Origin: an uncultured Rikenellaceae bacterium
GTDB taxonomy: Bacteria; Bacteroidota; Bacteroidia; Bacteroidales; VadinHA17
Direction: 5' to 3'
Assembly: GCA_964596715.1 (NCBI GenBank)
Contig: CAZQVL010000014.1
Location: 3,571-67,570, forward strand
DNA length: 64,000 bases
Within the stretch, counting starts at the first letter, position 1. Each line of letters begins with the position of its first letter. The notes under the pieces are model-generated. The model was not told the DNA's origin. It searched no databases and was given only the letters and a program-made list of their open reading frames with translations. A program made the translations under genes and the position numbers. Below are positions 10,026 to 20,364 of the stretch, piece by piece.

Positions 10026-10797
10026 AAATCCTTTCCTTCAGCAAGACAGTCCGTAGTTCGTTCGGCGTTATTTTCTCTTTTGCGATCCCGTTTTCAACGA
10101 TTGAAATATTCCCCGATTCTTCTGATACAACTATTACCAGGGCGTCAGAATGTTCAGATACTCCAATAGCTGCCCTGTGTCTCATTCCAAAACGGGTTGG
10201 AAGGGAGACCTGATCAGTTACCGGTAACGGACATCTTGCAGCAAATATTTTTCCATCCTCAATAAGAACGGCGCCGTCGTGTAAAGGGGTATTCTTGAAA
10301 AAGATAGTCTCAAGTAATTCAGCACTTATTATGGCATTCATTAGTTCTCCTCCTTCAGAATAGATATCAAGACTGCTTTTTCGCCCAATAACGATCAGAG
10401 CGCCTGTTTTTTTTGAAGCCATGGATTCTGCAGCCCTTACGATCTCTTCCGCTTCTCTCGGATTGCTCGGCTCATCTTCAACTGAGGCAAAAATCTTCCT
10501 GAAAGAAAATCTGCTGCTACTGATATATCTGTTTCCGATAACAAGCAGGAATCTTCGCACTTCCTGCTGGAAGACGATAATCAGTGCTATAACTCCGACA
10601 CCAATAACCTGTCCGAACAAAGCACTGATAAGCTTCATATTGAGAGCTGTTACGATGAGCCAGAAAAGATAAATTAAGAATATGCCTATAAAAATACTTA
10701 AAGCTGCAGTACCTCTTATCAGCTTATATAACTGAAAAAGTATAATCGCAACAAGTACAATATCAATAATATCGAGAAGTGTTATTTGAAATCCCAT
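10024..10797 (-). CDS. cdaA: diadenylate cyclase (c-di-AMP synthase), membrane-anchored
   Basis: 257 aa. Three N-terminal TM helices, then a DAC domain with TPLHDGAVLIEDGKIFAARC and GMRHRAAIGVSEHSDALVIVVSEESG. Confidence 0.9.
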   Translation of the reverse strand: MGFQITLLDIIDIVLVAIILFQLYKLIRGTAALSIFIGIFLIYLFWLIVTALNMKLISALFGQVIGVGVIALIIVFQQEVRRFLLVIGNRYISSSRFSFRKIFASVEDEPSNPREAEEIVRAAESMASKKTGALIVIGRKSSLDIYSEGGELMNAIISAELLETIFFKNTPLHDGAVLIEDGKIFAARCPLPVTDQVSLPTRFGMRHRAAIGVSEHSDALVIVVSEESGNISIVENGIAKEKITPNELRTVLLKERI

Positions 10798-10920
10798 GTT
10801 TCAAAGATAAATCATAAAATTAAGGAAACATTTTAATAGGTCATTTTTAAAAGAGATAATTAAAATATTCCTGTAAAATAACAGAAAATAGTTAAATGAC
10901 TCTTTTTCAATAATGGTAGA

Positions 10921-11787
10921 TTATGATTTCATGAGGTTGTTTATCAGTATTGCCACCTGTACAGCCTCTTTAACATCGTGAACCCTAAGAATATCAGCTC
11001 CGTTTAAAAGAGCAACTGCATTCAGTACAGAACTTCCGTTAAGAGCCCCATCAGGAGTTATACCAAGTGTTTTCCAGATCATTGATTTTCTTGAAATACC
11101 TACAAGTACAGGTAATCCTGCCACTGCAAAATCATTAAGCCGTCTCAGTATTTCAAAATTGTGTTTAATAGTCTTACCAAAACCAAAACCAGGATCAATA
11201 ATGATATCTTTTACTCCCATCGACCGGAGTCTGAAGATACGATCACCAAACCATCGCAGTATATCTGCAACAACATCGTCATAGACCGGCTTTTTTTGCA
11301 TTGTGCGGGGATTTCCTTTCATGTGCATCATAATATAAGGAACATTCAGTTTTGCCACCAGTGAAAACATTTCTTTATCTGCCCTGCCTGCTGAAATGTC
11401 ATTTATTATATGTGCTCCGCATTTTTCAATTGCTTCCCTGGCAATGTCAGCCCTGAAAGTATCCACTGAGATTATTGCATCCGGCAGCTCCCTTCTGAGA
11501 AGTTTTATAGCCCATATTACTCTGTTTCTCTCCTCACTACCAGGTATGTCTGCAGCCCCAGGACGTGAGGAATAACCTCCAACATCAAGCATGTCAGCAC
11601 CATCCTCAACCATCTTTATAGCAGCATTAATAATGTCAGTTTCGCTGGTAAACCGGCTACCCTTGTAGAATGAATCAGGCGTAACATTGATTATTCCCAT
11701 AACTTTCGTGGATGAAAGATCGAGAAGTTTGCCCCGGATGTTAATATAGCGAGGTTTGTCTTTCAACTTAAAATGTTTAATTATCAA
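10921..11787 (-). CDS. folP: dihydropteroate synthase
   Basis: VMGIINVTPDSF, DVGGYSSRPGA and DPGFGFGK motifs. The longest ORF starts at TTG 11787; an in-frame ATG at 11700 (VMGIIN) is an alternative start. Confidence 0.9.
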   Translation of the reverse strand: MIIKHFKLKDKPRYINIRGKLLDLSSTKVMGIINVTPDSFYKGSRFTSETDIINAAIKMVEDGADMLDVGGYSSRPGAADIPGSEERNRVIWAIKLLRRELPDAIISVDTFRADIAREAIEKCGAHIINDISAGRADKEMFSLVAKLNVPYIMMHMKGNPRTMQKKPVYDDVVADILRWFGDRIFRLRSMGVKDIIIDPGFGFGKTIKHNFEILRRLNDFAVAGLPVLVGISRKSMIWKTLGITPDGALNGSSVLNAVALLNGADILRVHDVKEAVQVAILINNLMKS

Positions 11788-11898
11788 TCGAAGTTATCAA
11801 TTTTATCAAAATCCCCAACTCTGGTAAGAGAGCTTAAAAATTCTCCGGATTGAAAATAATTAACCTTACATACATTTTCTTGTTTGTTACGCCGTTAT

Positions 11899-11906
11899 TA
11901 CATTTG
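11899..11906 (+). promoter_or_regulatory. candidate Bacteroidetes -7 promoter box TAcaTTTG
   Basis: Exact TAnnTTTG match 24 nt upstream of the ATG at 11930. Confidence 0.45.
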
Positions 11907-11929
11907 TAATTATTGTAACCAGATATATA

Positions 11930-12616
11930 ATGAAGCTATTCGTTATCGAAGGAGTGGATGGTTCAGGTAAATCAACACAAATTAACCTCTTAAAGGATTT
12001 TTTCTCAGAGAAGGGATACAATTGCAAATATCTTCATTTCCCAAGAACTGCTGAGCCTTTTTTCGGAGAATTGATAGCAAGGTTTCTTAGAGGAGAGTTT
12101 GGTTCATTGAACGAGGTTGATCCGTATCTTGTGGCCATGCTATACGCAGGAGACAGAAAAGATGCATCTGAGCTGATTCACAACTGGCTTAAAAAAGGAT
12201 ATTTCGTTTTACTCGACAGATATACCTATTCAAATATTGCATATCAGTGCGCCAAGATCATAGAACCAGCCGCCCAGGAGAAACTGATGAAATGGATTCT
12301 TTCCCTTGAGTTTGACCATTTCAATATACCAAGGCCCGACCTTAATATTTTCCTTGATGTTCCGTCCTCATTTACCGAACATAAACTATCTTCTGTCAGG
12401 ACAGGTGACGACAGAGACTATCTTAACGGGAATATGGATATACATGAAGAGAGTCTTTTCTTTCAGAAAAAAGTAAGAGAAGTCTATTTAAAGGTTGCCA
12501 GAACGGATAAATGTCTGGCCGTTGTCAACTGCAGCGATATGAATAGTGCAATGATGCCTGCCGTTGATATTTTCCGGTTGATAATCAAAATTATGACCGA
12601 ACGGAAACTGATATAG
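11930..12616 (+). CDS. tmk: thymidylate kinase family protein
   Basis: 228 aa. P-loop EGVDGSGKST and LLDRYTYSNIAYQ (DRY/AYQ) motifs of dTMP kinases. Confidence 0.7.
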   Translation: MKLFVIEGVDGSGKSTQINLLKDFFSEKGYNCKYLHFPRTAEPFFGELIARFLRGEFGSLNEVDPYLVAMLYAGDRKDASELIHNWLKKGYFVLLDRYTYSNIAYQCAKIIEPAAQEKLMKWILSLEFDHFNIPRPDLNIFLDVPSSFTEHKLSSVRTGDDRDYLNGNMDIHEESLFFQKKVREVYLKVARTDKCLAVVNCSDMNSAMMPAVDIFRLIIKIMTERKLI

Positions 12617-12617
12617 A

Positions 12618-13844
12618 ATGAAAATACTAAATACTTTCAGTAGATTAATCATTGGAATCGCTTTCATATTTTCAGGAATTGTAAAGGCTATTGATCCCCT
12701 TGGATCAGCTTACAAATTTGAGGACTATTTTCATGCATTTCACCTTGACTTCCTCCACTTCTCAGTATTGCCCCTGGCAATATTTTTATGTACAGTTGAA
12801 TTTATATCAGGTTTTTCAGTTATTACAGGATACAGAATAAGATCAGGGATCATAGTGGTAATGATACTAATGCTTATTTTTACTCCACTTACTTTTATTC
12901 TTGCCCTTACAAATCCCGTATCCGACTGCGGTTGTTTCGGCGATGCAATACATCTTACCAACTGGCAGACTTTCGGTAAAAACTTATTCCTGTTTATTTT
13001 TGCAGTAATTCTTTTCAGAGGCAGGAATAATATAATTCAACAACATAACTCACTAAAAGAATGGCTGGTCATATCAGGAATGGACACAGTATTAATAATT
13101 TTCTCATTGCTAAACCTGAGGTTCCTTCCTGTAATGGATTTTCTCCCATACAAACTGGGAATACATATCCCTGAAAAGATGATCATGCCAGAAGGTAAAC
13201 CTGTTGATGAATACAAGACAACTTTTATTTACGAGAAAGATGGATTACAGCAGGAGTTCACACTCGACAATTTTCCTGCAACAGATTCATCCTGGACATT
13301 TATTGATCAGAAATCGGTTCTTGTTAAAAAAGGTTATGAGCCTCCAATTCATGATTTCAGCGTTATTTCATCCAATAATGAAGACCTTACTGACATAATA
13401 CTTGCTGATCGAGGCTATTCGGTTCTTATGATTTCAAAAAAACTGGGTGAGGCCAAAACCAAGTATCTGAACAGGGGATACGAACTCGGTTATCATTGTA
13501 TGGCAAATGGAATATCATTTTATATTTTATCGGCTTCCGGATCCGATGAATTAAGAAACTTTGATAACGGACTCCGGTTCTGTTCTGCTGATGAAATCAC
13601 ATTAAAGACTATTATAAGGTCAAATCCGGGGTATCTGCTTCTCAGGGAAGGTACAATTATTGCTAAATGGTCATGGGCAACCCTGCCGGATAATGACTGG
13701 TTCACTGGTAATATTGAAGGAAAACAGATCGAATTGTTAAATACCAGGTTATTTGTATTAAAAGCTATTACTATAACATTATCATTAACATTAGTAATAT
13801 TATTAATAAGTATATTGCTGAAAATAAAGGTCAATAAAAAATAA
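12618..13844 (+). CDS. DoxX/MauE-like membrane protein with a C-terminal soluble domain and a terminal TM helix (BT_3928-like)
   Basis: 408 aa. N-terminal polytopic region with a DCGCFGD motif. The position directly upstream of tpiA matches the arrangement I recall from Bacteroides. Confidence 0.65.
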   Translation: MKILNTFSRLIIGIAFIFSGIVKAIDPLGSAYKFEDYFHAFHLDFLHFSVLPLAIFLCTVEFISGFSVITGYRIRSGIIVVMILMLIFTPLTFILALTNPVSDCGCFGDAIHLTNWQTFGKNLFLFIFAVILFRGRNNIIQQHNSLKEWLVISGMDTVLIIFSLLNLRFLPVMDFLPYKLGIHIPEKMIMPEGKPVDEYKTTFIYEKDGLQQEFTLDNFPATDSSWTFIDQKSVLVKKGYEPPIHDFSVISSNNEDLTDIILADRGYSVLMISKKLGEAKTKYLNRGYELGYHCMANGISFYILSASGSDELRNFDNGLRFCSADEITLKTIIRSNPGYLLLREGTIIAKWSWATLPDNDWFTGNIEGKQIELLNTRLFVLKAITITLSLTLVILLISILLKIKVNKK

Positions 13845-13865
13845 TACACAACTAAACCATTATAT

Positions 13866-14624
13866 ATGAGAAAAAAGATTGTTGCCGGAAACTGGAAGAT
13901 GAATATGGATCTGGCTGAAGGACTGGCGTTTGCAGAATCAATTAAGAACTATTTCAGGGAAAAACCATCAGAAAAGTCCGAAATTATATTATGCACTCCG
14001 TTTATTCATCTTGCAGGACTTTCAGTCCTTTTAAAAGATGATAAAATTTCTTTTGGTGCACAGAATTGTGCAGCTGAATCCTCCGGTGCTTTTACTGGTG
14101 AAGTTTCTGCATCGATGATTAAAAGCACTGGTGCTGAATATGTTATCATTGGTCACTCGGAACGAAGGACATATTATCATGAGAATGATGAAGTCCTGAA
14201 CATGAAAACAATACTGGCAATTAATAGTGGACTGAAAGTTATCTTCTGTTGCGGAGAGGTGTTACAGGAGAGAGAAGAAGGCGTTCATTTCTCTGTTGTA
14301 CAGAGACAACTTGAAAAGGGTCTTTTCACTTTTTCAGAAGAAGAGTTCAGCAAGGTAATAATCGCATATGAGCCTGTATGGGCTATAGGGACCGGACTCA
14401 CAGCAACACCGGAACAAGCTCAGGAAATGCATAAATATATTCGTGATCTGATAATGGAAAAGTATGGTACTGACTGCGCCGACCAGGTTTCAGTACTGTA
14501 TGGCGGAAGCTGTAAACCCTCAAATGCAGCAGAAATATTCTCCCAGGTTGATGTTGACGGGGGGCTTATAGGCGGAGCTTCCCTTAAGAAAGAGGATTTT
14601 TGTGCAATAGTTGATGCAGTCTGA
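13866..14624 (+). CDS. tpiA: triosephosphate isomerase
   Basis: [26 protein letters not shown] and GGASL motifs. Confidence 0.95.
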   Translation: MRKKIVAGNWKMNMDLAEGLAFAESIKNYFREKPSEKSEIILCTPFIHLAGLSVLLKDDKISFGAQNCAAESSGAFTGEVSASMIKSTGAEYVIIGHSERRTYYHENDEVLNMKTILAINSGLKVIFCCGEVLQEREEGVHFSVVQRQLEKGLFTFSEEEFSKVIIAYEPVWAIGTGLTATPEQAQEMHKYIRDLIMEKYGTDCADQVSVLYGGSCKPSNAAEIFSQVDVDGGLIGGASLKKEDFCAIVDAV

Positions 14625-14715
14625 TATAAATAAGATATCTCTTTATCACCTGCACAGGCCTATAGAGAAGACTTCAATGAAATGAATAATGTCTTTATAA
14701 TGACAATATGACAAT

Positions 14716-17700
14716 ATGACAAAAAAGCTACTGGTTCTGAGTCACTTGCTTATAGTCTTATTGTCTATGAGGCTATATCCGCAGTTTAATCCGGTCTTTT
14801 CCGGTGAACTGGGTAAATACAGGGAGGAGCTTCTGGTTTACATGGGTCCAAACCTTAATGAAGAGCAAAATGCCAACGTTACCGCTTTTATTGTTAAATG
14901 GGATAGTGCAGCTTTCAGCAAGGAGAATATGTTTCAGATACTCGATATTTCCAGTCAGCTGACAGGAAAACAGATGAGGGCTGTCCCTCATTTCAATGAA
15001 TTCCTCACGACACTTAATGATTTCAAAGATTATAACAAAGAAGACATTTTTCTGACTTACTGGCTAACCGGTTTGAGTGAGATGCTGTTTAATCCAAGGC
15101 TTACAAATGTAAGTATTGCAAGGTATTTCCAGAATACAAGTCTTCTTATAAAAGAAAATGTACTGGTTAATTCGGGAAGTGTTAAGTGGAAGATAAAAGA
15201 CTATCAGCTAAATTTTTCGCACGACACTGTCTTTAAAATAGGATTCGAAAATGCAACACTTACCTGTTATTCTCAGAGAGACAGTACAGAAATATATAAT
15301 GCTACAGGAACTTATTTCCCTGATATACAACTAATACATGGTATAAAAGGAATAGTGACATGGGAAAAAGCCGGATATAACAGAGCGGATGTTTTTGCAG
15401 AACTTGACGATTATGTCATAAACGCTATAAGAAACAGCTTTACGTGCGATTCAGCCAGGCTTACTCATTCCACTTATTTCAAAGAACCCGTATATGGATT
15501 ATTGACAGATCAGGCAAGCAGCATCATCTCTAAGGCAAGAGCAACCTTCCCGCGGTTTGAGACTTACACCAAACATTTCAAAATAGATAATATATATGAA
15601 GGAGTTAACTATGAAGGCGGACTTATCTTTGAAGGCGCTAATGTGAAAGGCACAGGTGACATTTTTGCTCCTGCAAAAATCAGCCTCTTCAGAAACGATA
15701 CTCTCTTTATTAAAGCTTCTGCAAAAGAGTTCACGTTTTCAATAAACACACTTACCAGTTCGGAGACATCTTCTACCCTTTATCTTGGGAAAGATTCAAT
15801 CTTTCATTCCAATCTTGGTTTTTCATATAATATTCCCGGCAAGCAGGTAAGTCTTTTCAAAACAAATAATCCTGTTTCAAGGAGTCCATACTTCAACTCA
15901 TTCCATAATCTCGACATGTACTTTGAATACCTATCATGGGACATGAAAAGTTCGAGAATCATTCTTTCGAGGCCAAGAGGCGCTTCCCTTGGACAGGCTT
16001 TATTTGAATCCACTTCCTTCTTTAACTCAAAATACTTCATGCAACTCATGGGTCTTGACGAATACCATCCTCTGAACCGGCTTATACAATTCAGCGACTG
16101 GTATTATTCCGAAACATTTCCTGTAGATGAATTTGCAAAATGGCTTGACAAACCTGAAGAATTAGTAATCGGTTTGTGTATAGACATGGCAAACAGGGGT
16201 TTTATCTTCTACGATCAGGCAAACCAGGAGGTTACGATAAAGGACAAAACAACAGATTTTATTGATTTTTATACTGGGAAAAAGGATTATGATGTTTTAT
16301 CCATTCTAAGTGAAACTAAGGCTCCGGTCGATAATGCAATACTCGATCTTAATAACTATAAATTAAAGGTTAACGGGGTAAGGGCAGTGTTTCTGAGTGA
16401 TTCCCAGAAAATAGCAATCTATCCGTATGGCCAGCAACTTGTAATTGGGAAAAACAGAAATCTTGAATTTGACGGGGTAGTTGAGGCAGGCCTTTTCACT
16501 GTCTATGGCCATAATTTCGTATTCAATTATGATACCTTCAGAATACGGCTTCAGAAGATCGATTCGATCAAGGTTGCTGTTGAAACTGATAAAAATGACG
16601 CATTTGGCAATCCTATTCTCAAGAAAGTTGATAATATGATCCAGCTTGCAACAGCCGAGCTTTACATTGATGATCCGGACAATAAGTCAGGACTGAAGAG
16701 CCTGGAGCAGTATCCTATCATTAACGCAGTTACAGACTCATATATTTTCTTTGATAAAATTCCGGGACTTGAGGACGTATATAAACAGAGTAATTTCTAT
16801 TTCAAGGTTGATCCCTTTATGTATGACAACATTGATCATTATTCCTACCAGGATATGAATCTTGGAGGGGAATTTTACGGAGGGAATATTCTCAAACCCA
16901 TGAGACAATACCTTGTTATTCAAGACAATAACTCGCTTGGGTTCAATATGAATATCCCTGAAGAAGGAATTAACGTTTATGAAGAGAAGGGAAGAGTTTA
17001 TGATTTTATCAGTATGAGTAATGATGGTTTGAAAGGCAGGGGATCTCTTGAACATCTGACCTCAACAACTGTTTCAGAAGATTTCAGGTTCTATCCCGAT
17101 TCAATGATAACTCAGGCAATAACTTTCAATATTATGGAGGATGGATCAGGATTATTCCCCGACCTTAACAGTCAGGATGTTAAAATCAAATGGTTGCCCA
17201 ATAAAGATGAATGGCTTGCAGTCAACGAATCCGGTAAGGACTTCAGCATGTTTGGTAACGGGACTCTTCTTAACGGAAGTATAAAAATGACACCCTCAGT
17301 CCTGAACGGTTCGGGTATCATAAATATGCCGGACTCCAGAATCAATTCAAATCTCTTCAGTTTCACATCAAATTCCATACACGCCGATACTGCAGACTAT
17401 AACCTTAAGTCTCCATCAACCAGCGGTTTTGCTTTCATAGCTGAAAATGCAAATACTGATATCAACTTTGATCTTGGAATGACACGTTTCCATCTGAATA
17501 CTGACTCATCAGTAGTGAAATTTCCGGAACTTCAGTATATCTGCAAAATGACTGATTTTACCTACAATATGGAAAACAATATTCTGGATATGGAACAAAA
17601 AGGCATTGCAGATTCTGAACTTTTACCGCCGGCAAAGCTTTTACAGTTAAATTTCGCAAGACTTGATAAGCCGAACTTTTTTTCCACCAACACTATTAAT

Positions 17701-19224
17701 GATACAATAGTCTTTTCATCGGGCAAAGCAAAATATCATGTTGATGAAGAATATCTTGAAGCTGAAAAAATTAACTACATACATGTAGCCGATGCACTAA
17801 TTCAGCCAGAAAACGGAAAAATCATCGTCGACAGAAGGGCAAGAATAAGACAATTGCATAATGCAATTATTGCCCTTAATAACCGTCATATTTTACATTC
17901 GGCAAATGTCAATATTGAGTCCACAAAAAGATACTCTGGCAGTGCAGTATACGATTATATTGATGAAAACAGGGATATCCAGCAAATTAGTTTCCCTGAA
18001 CTCATGGTGGATACACTTACAACCAGCGCAAGAGGGTATATACCTGTAAGTCAAAAATTCATGTTGAGTCCTGCTTTTTCATTTGCAGGTGATGTCTTCC
18101 TTTCGGCCCGGTCAGATCTTCTTTCTTTCACCGGGGCTGCAGGAATAGTACATAACTGTGATCCTTTGAGAAGCTATTCCGTTAAATTTAAGGCCTTAAT
18201 CGATCCGGAAAATATTATGATACCAATTGGCGATAAACCGAGGGATATCAATGATAATCTGGTATATTCAGGTTCTTTTGTAAGTATTGATTCTGCTCAC
18301 ATATACCCTGCCTTCCTCTCATACCAGAAAGCATGGTCGGATATATCAATGGTAAATGCTAGCGGTTTTCTCTATTTTGATAAGGGAAAAGGAACATATC
18401 GGATCACTTCTATGGAAAAAATAGCTGATCCGTCTCTTTACGGTAATATGATTACTTTCGACAAGAACTTTTGTATTCTTTCGGCAGAAGGCAAGCTCAA
18501 TTTCGGAGCTGATTTTGAACTCATGAAAATAACCAGTGCAGGTAAGGTCATTCATACAATAGACTCCGGAAAGGTTAATATTGAGTCAATTATAGCACTC
18601 GACTTTCATTTTTCACCTGAAGCTCTTAGTATCATGAGCGATGAAATACGCATGATGCCATCACTACGACCAGTAAACCTGAATTCAGACCTTTATAATA
18701 AGGGGATGAAGGATTTGATGGGTGTTGAAGTTGCTAACAGGTTAAGAGAGGAGCTTGATTTGTTTGGAACTTCAAGAAACCTGCCCAGGGAATTCACATA
18801 TGAACTTTTGCTGAATGAAGTAAACCTTTACTGGAATGAATCCACATCATCATTCAGATCGAATGGCAAAATAGGCATTGGATTTATCGGATCCCAGCCT
18901 GTAAATATTTATGTGGATGGATTTGTTGAAATACAGCGAAGAAGGTCGGGTGATTTAATCGATATTTACCTTAAGGCTAACGAATCAATATGGTATTATT
19001 TTTCATATTTCAGGGGTGTTATGATGGCCCAGGCAGGCAACATCAATTTTAATACTTTAATCAGTACGGAAAAACTAAAAGCCAGAAAACATCCCAAATC
19101 ATCAGTGCGAGTACCATACACATATATGATTGCTGTCGAAGACCGGCTCACCAGGTTCCTGAGGAGAATGGCCGGTGATGAACTGGAAGCTGAGCAATCT
19201 ATTCTTGATGGCATAATTAGATAA
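14716..19224 (+). CDS. very large (1502 aa) conserved-looking hypothetical protein with an N-terminal signal or anchor
   Basis: Uninterrupted 4.5-kb ORF with a hydrophobic N-terminus (LLVLSHLLIVLLSM). I recognise no catalytic motif. Confidence 0.8.
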   Translation: MTKKLLVLSHLLIVLLSMRLYPQFNPVFSGELGKYREELLVYMGPNLNEEQNANVTAFIVKWDSAAFSKENMFQILDISSQLTGKQMRAVPHFNEFLTTLNDFKDYNKEDIFLTYWLTGLSEMLFNPRLTNVSIARYFQNTSLLIKENVLVNSGSVKWKIKDYQLNFSHDTVFKIGFENATLTCYSQRDSTEIYNATGTYFPDIQLIHGIKGIVTWEKAGYNRADVFAELDDYVINAIRNSFTCDSARLTHSTYFKEPVYGLLTDQASSIISKARATFPRFETYTKHFKIDNIYEGVNYEGGLIFEGANVKGTGDIFAPAKISLFRNDTLFIKASAKEFTFSINTLTSSETSSTLYLGKDSIFHSNLGFSYNIPGKQVSLFKTNNPVSRSPYFNSFHNLDMYFEYLSWDMKSSRIILSRPRGASLGQALFESTSFFNSKYFMQLMGLDEYHPLNRLIQFSDWYYSETFPVDEFAKWLDKPEELVIGLCIDMANRGFIFYDQANQEVTIKDKTTDFIDFYTGKKDYDVLSILSETKAPVDNAILDLNNYKLKVNGVRAVFLSDSQKIAIYPYGQQLVIGKNRNLEFDGVVEAGLFTVYGHNFVFNYDTFRIRLQKIDSIKVAVETDKNDAFGNPILKKVDNMIQLATAELYIDDPDNKSGLKSLEQYPIINAVTDSYIFFDKIPGLEDVYKQSNFYFKVDPFMYDNIDHYSYQDMNLGGEFYGGNILKPMRQYLVIQDNNSLGFNMNIPEEGINVYEEKGRVYDFISMSNDGLKGRGSLEHLTSTTVSEDFRFYPDSMITQAITFNIMEDGSGLFPDLNSQDVKIKWLPNKDEWLAVNESGKDFSMFGNGTLLNGSIKMTPSVLNGSGIINMPDSRINSNLFSFTSNSIHADTADYNLKSPSTSGFAFIAENANTDINFDLGMTRFHLNTDSSVVKFPELQYICKMTDFTYNMENNILDMEQKGIADSELLPPAKLLQLNFARLDKPNFFSTNTINDTIVFSSGKAKYHVDEEYLEAEKINYIHVADALIQPENGKIIVDRRARIRQLHNAIIALNNRHILHSANVNIESTKRYSGSAVYDYIDENRDIQQISFPELMVDTLTTSARGYIPVSQKFMLSPAFSFAGDVFLSARSDLLSFTGAAGIVHNCDPLRSYSVKFKALIDPENIMIPIGDKPRDINDNLVYSGSFVSIDSAHIYPAFLSYQKAWSDISMVNASGFLYFDKGKGTYRITSMEKIADPSLYGNMITFDKNFCILSAEGKLNFGADFELMKITSAGKVIHTIDSGKVNIESIIALDFHFSPEALSIMSDEIRMMPSLRPVNLNSDLYNKGMKDLMGVEVANRLREELDLFGTSRNLPREFTYELLLNEVNLYWNESTSSFRSNGKIGIGFIGSQPVNIYVDGFVEIQRRRSGDLIDIYLKANESIWYYFSYFRGVMMAQAGNINFNTLISTEKLKARKHPKSSVRVPYTYMIAVEDRLTRFLRRMAGDELEAEQSILDGIIR

Positions 19225-19252
19225 TATTATTCCATAATTTAGAAAGTGATCA

Positions 19253-19957
19253 ATGCAAATCTTCTATGCACCAGTAGTAAACGGTGAAATATGTGTGTTA
19301 GATAAAAGTGAATCAAAACACTGTATAAGGGTCCTGAGAATGAAAAGAGGAACAGAAGTGCAATTTGTTGATGGCAAGGGTAATTTTTATAACGGATTTA
19401 TCTCTGATCCTGATCCTGTAAAATGTGAAATTGAGATAACCAGTGTAATACATAACTTCGAAAAAAGAAATTACAGGCTTCATATTGCCATTTCACCTCT
19501 GAAGAATCACGACCGTTTTGAATGGTTTGTTGAGAAAAGTGTTGAAATAGGGATTGATATTATCACTCCTCTTATCTGCTGCAAAACCGAAAAACCCGGC
19601 ATTAAGGTTGAAAGAGTAGAAAATATTATAATTTCAGCTATGAAACAATCAATTAAAGCTGAAAAGACAAGATTCAACAAACCAGCTCCTTTTGATGATT
19701 TTATTAACCTTGACCATAGAGGTGTGCTTTTGATTGCGCATTGCAGGGATACAATCGACAGGATTAAAATAAATGATGTTTATTCAAAAGGCGAAGATGC
19801 AGTTATTATGATAGGACCTGAAGGTGATTTTAGTGATGAAGAAATAGAAAAAGCTTCCAGGAAAGGTTTCAGGCAGATTCACCTCGGGGAAAGCCGGTTA
19901 AGAACAGAAACGGCAGGCATAGCTGCCTGCCATTCAGTATATTTCATCAATCAGTAA
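19253..19957 (+). CDS. rsmE: 16S rRNA (uracil1498-N3)-methyltransferase
   Basis: 234 aa. MQIFYAP...SKHCIRVLRMK N-terminus and C-terminal IGPEGDFS..E.....G......LG..RLRTETA SPOUT motif. Confidence 0.85.
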   Translation: MQIFYAPVVNGEICVLDKSESKHCIRVLRMKRGTEVQFVDGKGNFYNGFISDPDPVKCEIEITSVIHNFEKRNYRLHIAISPLKNHDRFEWFVEKSVEIGIDIITPLICCKTEKPGIKVERVENIIISAMKQSIKAEKTRFNKPAPFDDFINLDHRGVLLIAHCRDTIDRIKINDVYSKGEDAVIMIGPEGDFSDEEIEKASRKGFRQIHLGESRLRTETAGIAACHSVYFINQ

Positions 19958-19966
19958 TCAATTAAA

Positions 19967-20179
19967 CTAACTGGTAAAGAAATCAAATACGTCTCCTATT
20001 TTCTTTGATGAAACATTGTAAAACTCAGTAAACCTGCAACGAGTGCATGTAACTGAGGTAAAACGTCTGTTCTGAATATCGAAGATCTTTGTCAGGAAAC
20101 TACCTACTGTTCTGATTTCACCTATCTCATATGTCCGGTTACGACATTTAGGACAGATATATTTTACTGGCATACTCAT
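19967..20179 (-). CDS. small zinc-ribbon protein (CPKC...CTRC)
   Basis: 70 aa with two CxxC pairs. The start ATG overlaps the upstream gene's stop (ATGA at 20176-20179). Confidence 0.7.
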   Translation of the reverse strand: MSMPVKYICPKCRNRTYEIGEIRTVGSFLTKIFDIQNRRFTSVTCTRCRFTEFYNVSSKKIGDVFDFFTS

Positions 20180-20358
20180 TTCTTTTCTATTTGAGGATTT
20201 GTTGGTTTAGTTTGCCATCTGCCTGATTTCCGGAGTGCCTGATCGAGTATGTATTCAATCTGCCCGTTTGTGCTGCGAAATTCATCTGCTGCCCATTTCT
20301 CAAGTGCCTTGAGTTTCTCCGGATTAATCCTGAGTACAAATGGTTTTTTTACGCTCAT
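20176..20358 (-). CDS. Arc/MetJ-type ribbon-helix-helix DNA-binding protein
   Basis: 60 aa. FVLRINPEKLKALEKWAADEFRSTNGQIEYILDQALRK fits a beta-strand/helix/helix RHH pattern. Confidence 0.7.
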   Translation of the reverse strand: MSVKKPFVLRINPEKLKALEKWAADEFRSTNGQIEYILDQALRKSGRWQTKPTNPQIEKK

Positions 20359-20364
20359 TTTTGG

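Noticed and set aside
9806-10213. Three ORFs in the track (9806..10027 minus, 9850..10056 plus, 9953..10213 plus) lying over the cdaA-proximal GC-rich element.
   Set aside because: Their translations are low-complexity echoes of the heptad repeat and hairpins (KVKGERRKVKGE, FTFHLSPFTFHL). They overlap each other and the cdaA 3' end. None has a promoter box or a plausible protein composition. I treat the region as non-coding repeat or structure.
14688-14718. A small tandem repeat, aatgacaat-atgacaat-atgacaaaa, around the start codon of the 1502-aa gene.
   Set aside because: There are only about 2.5 copies of an 8-9-nt unit. The upstream ATGs terminate immediately (ATG ACA ATA TGA). This is most likely a trivial duplication, not a phase-variation tract.
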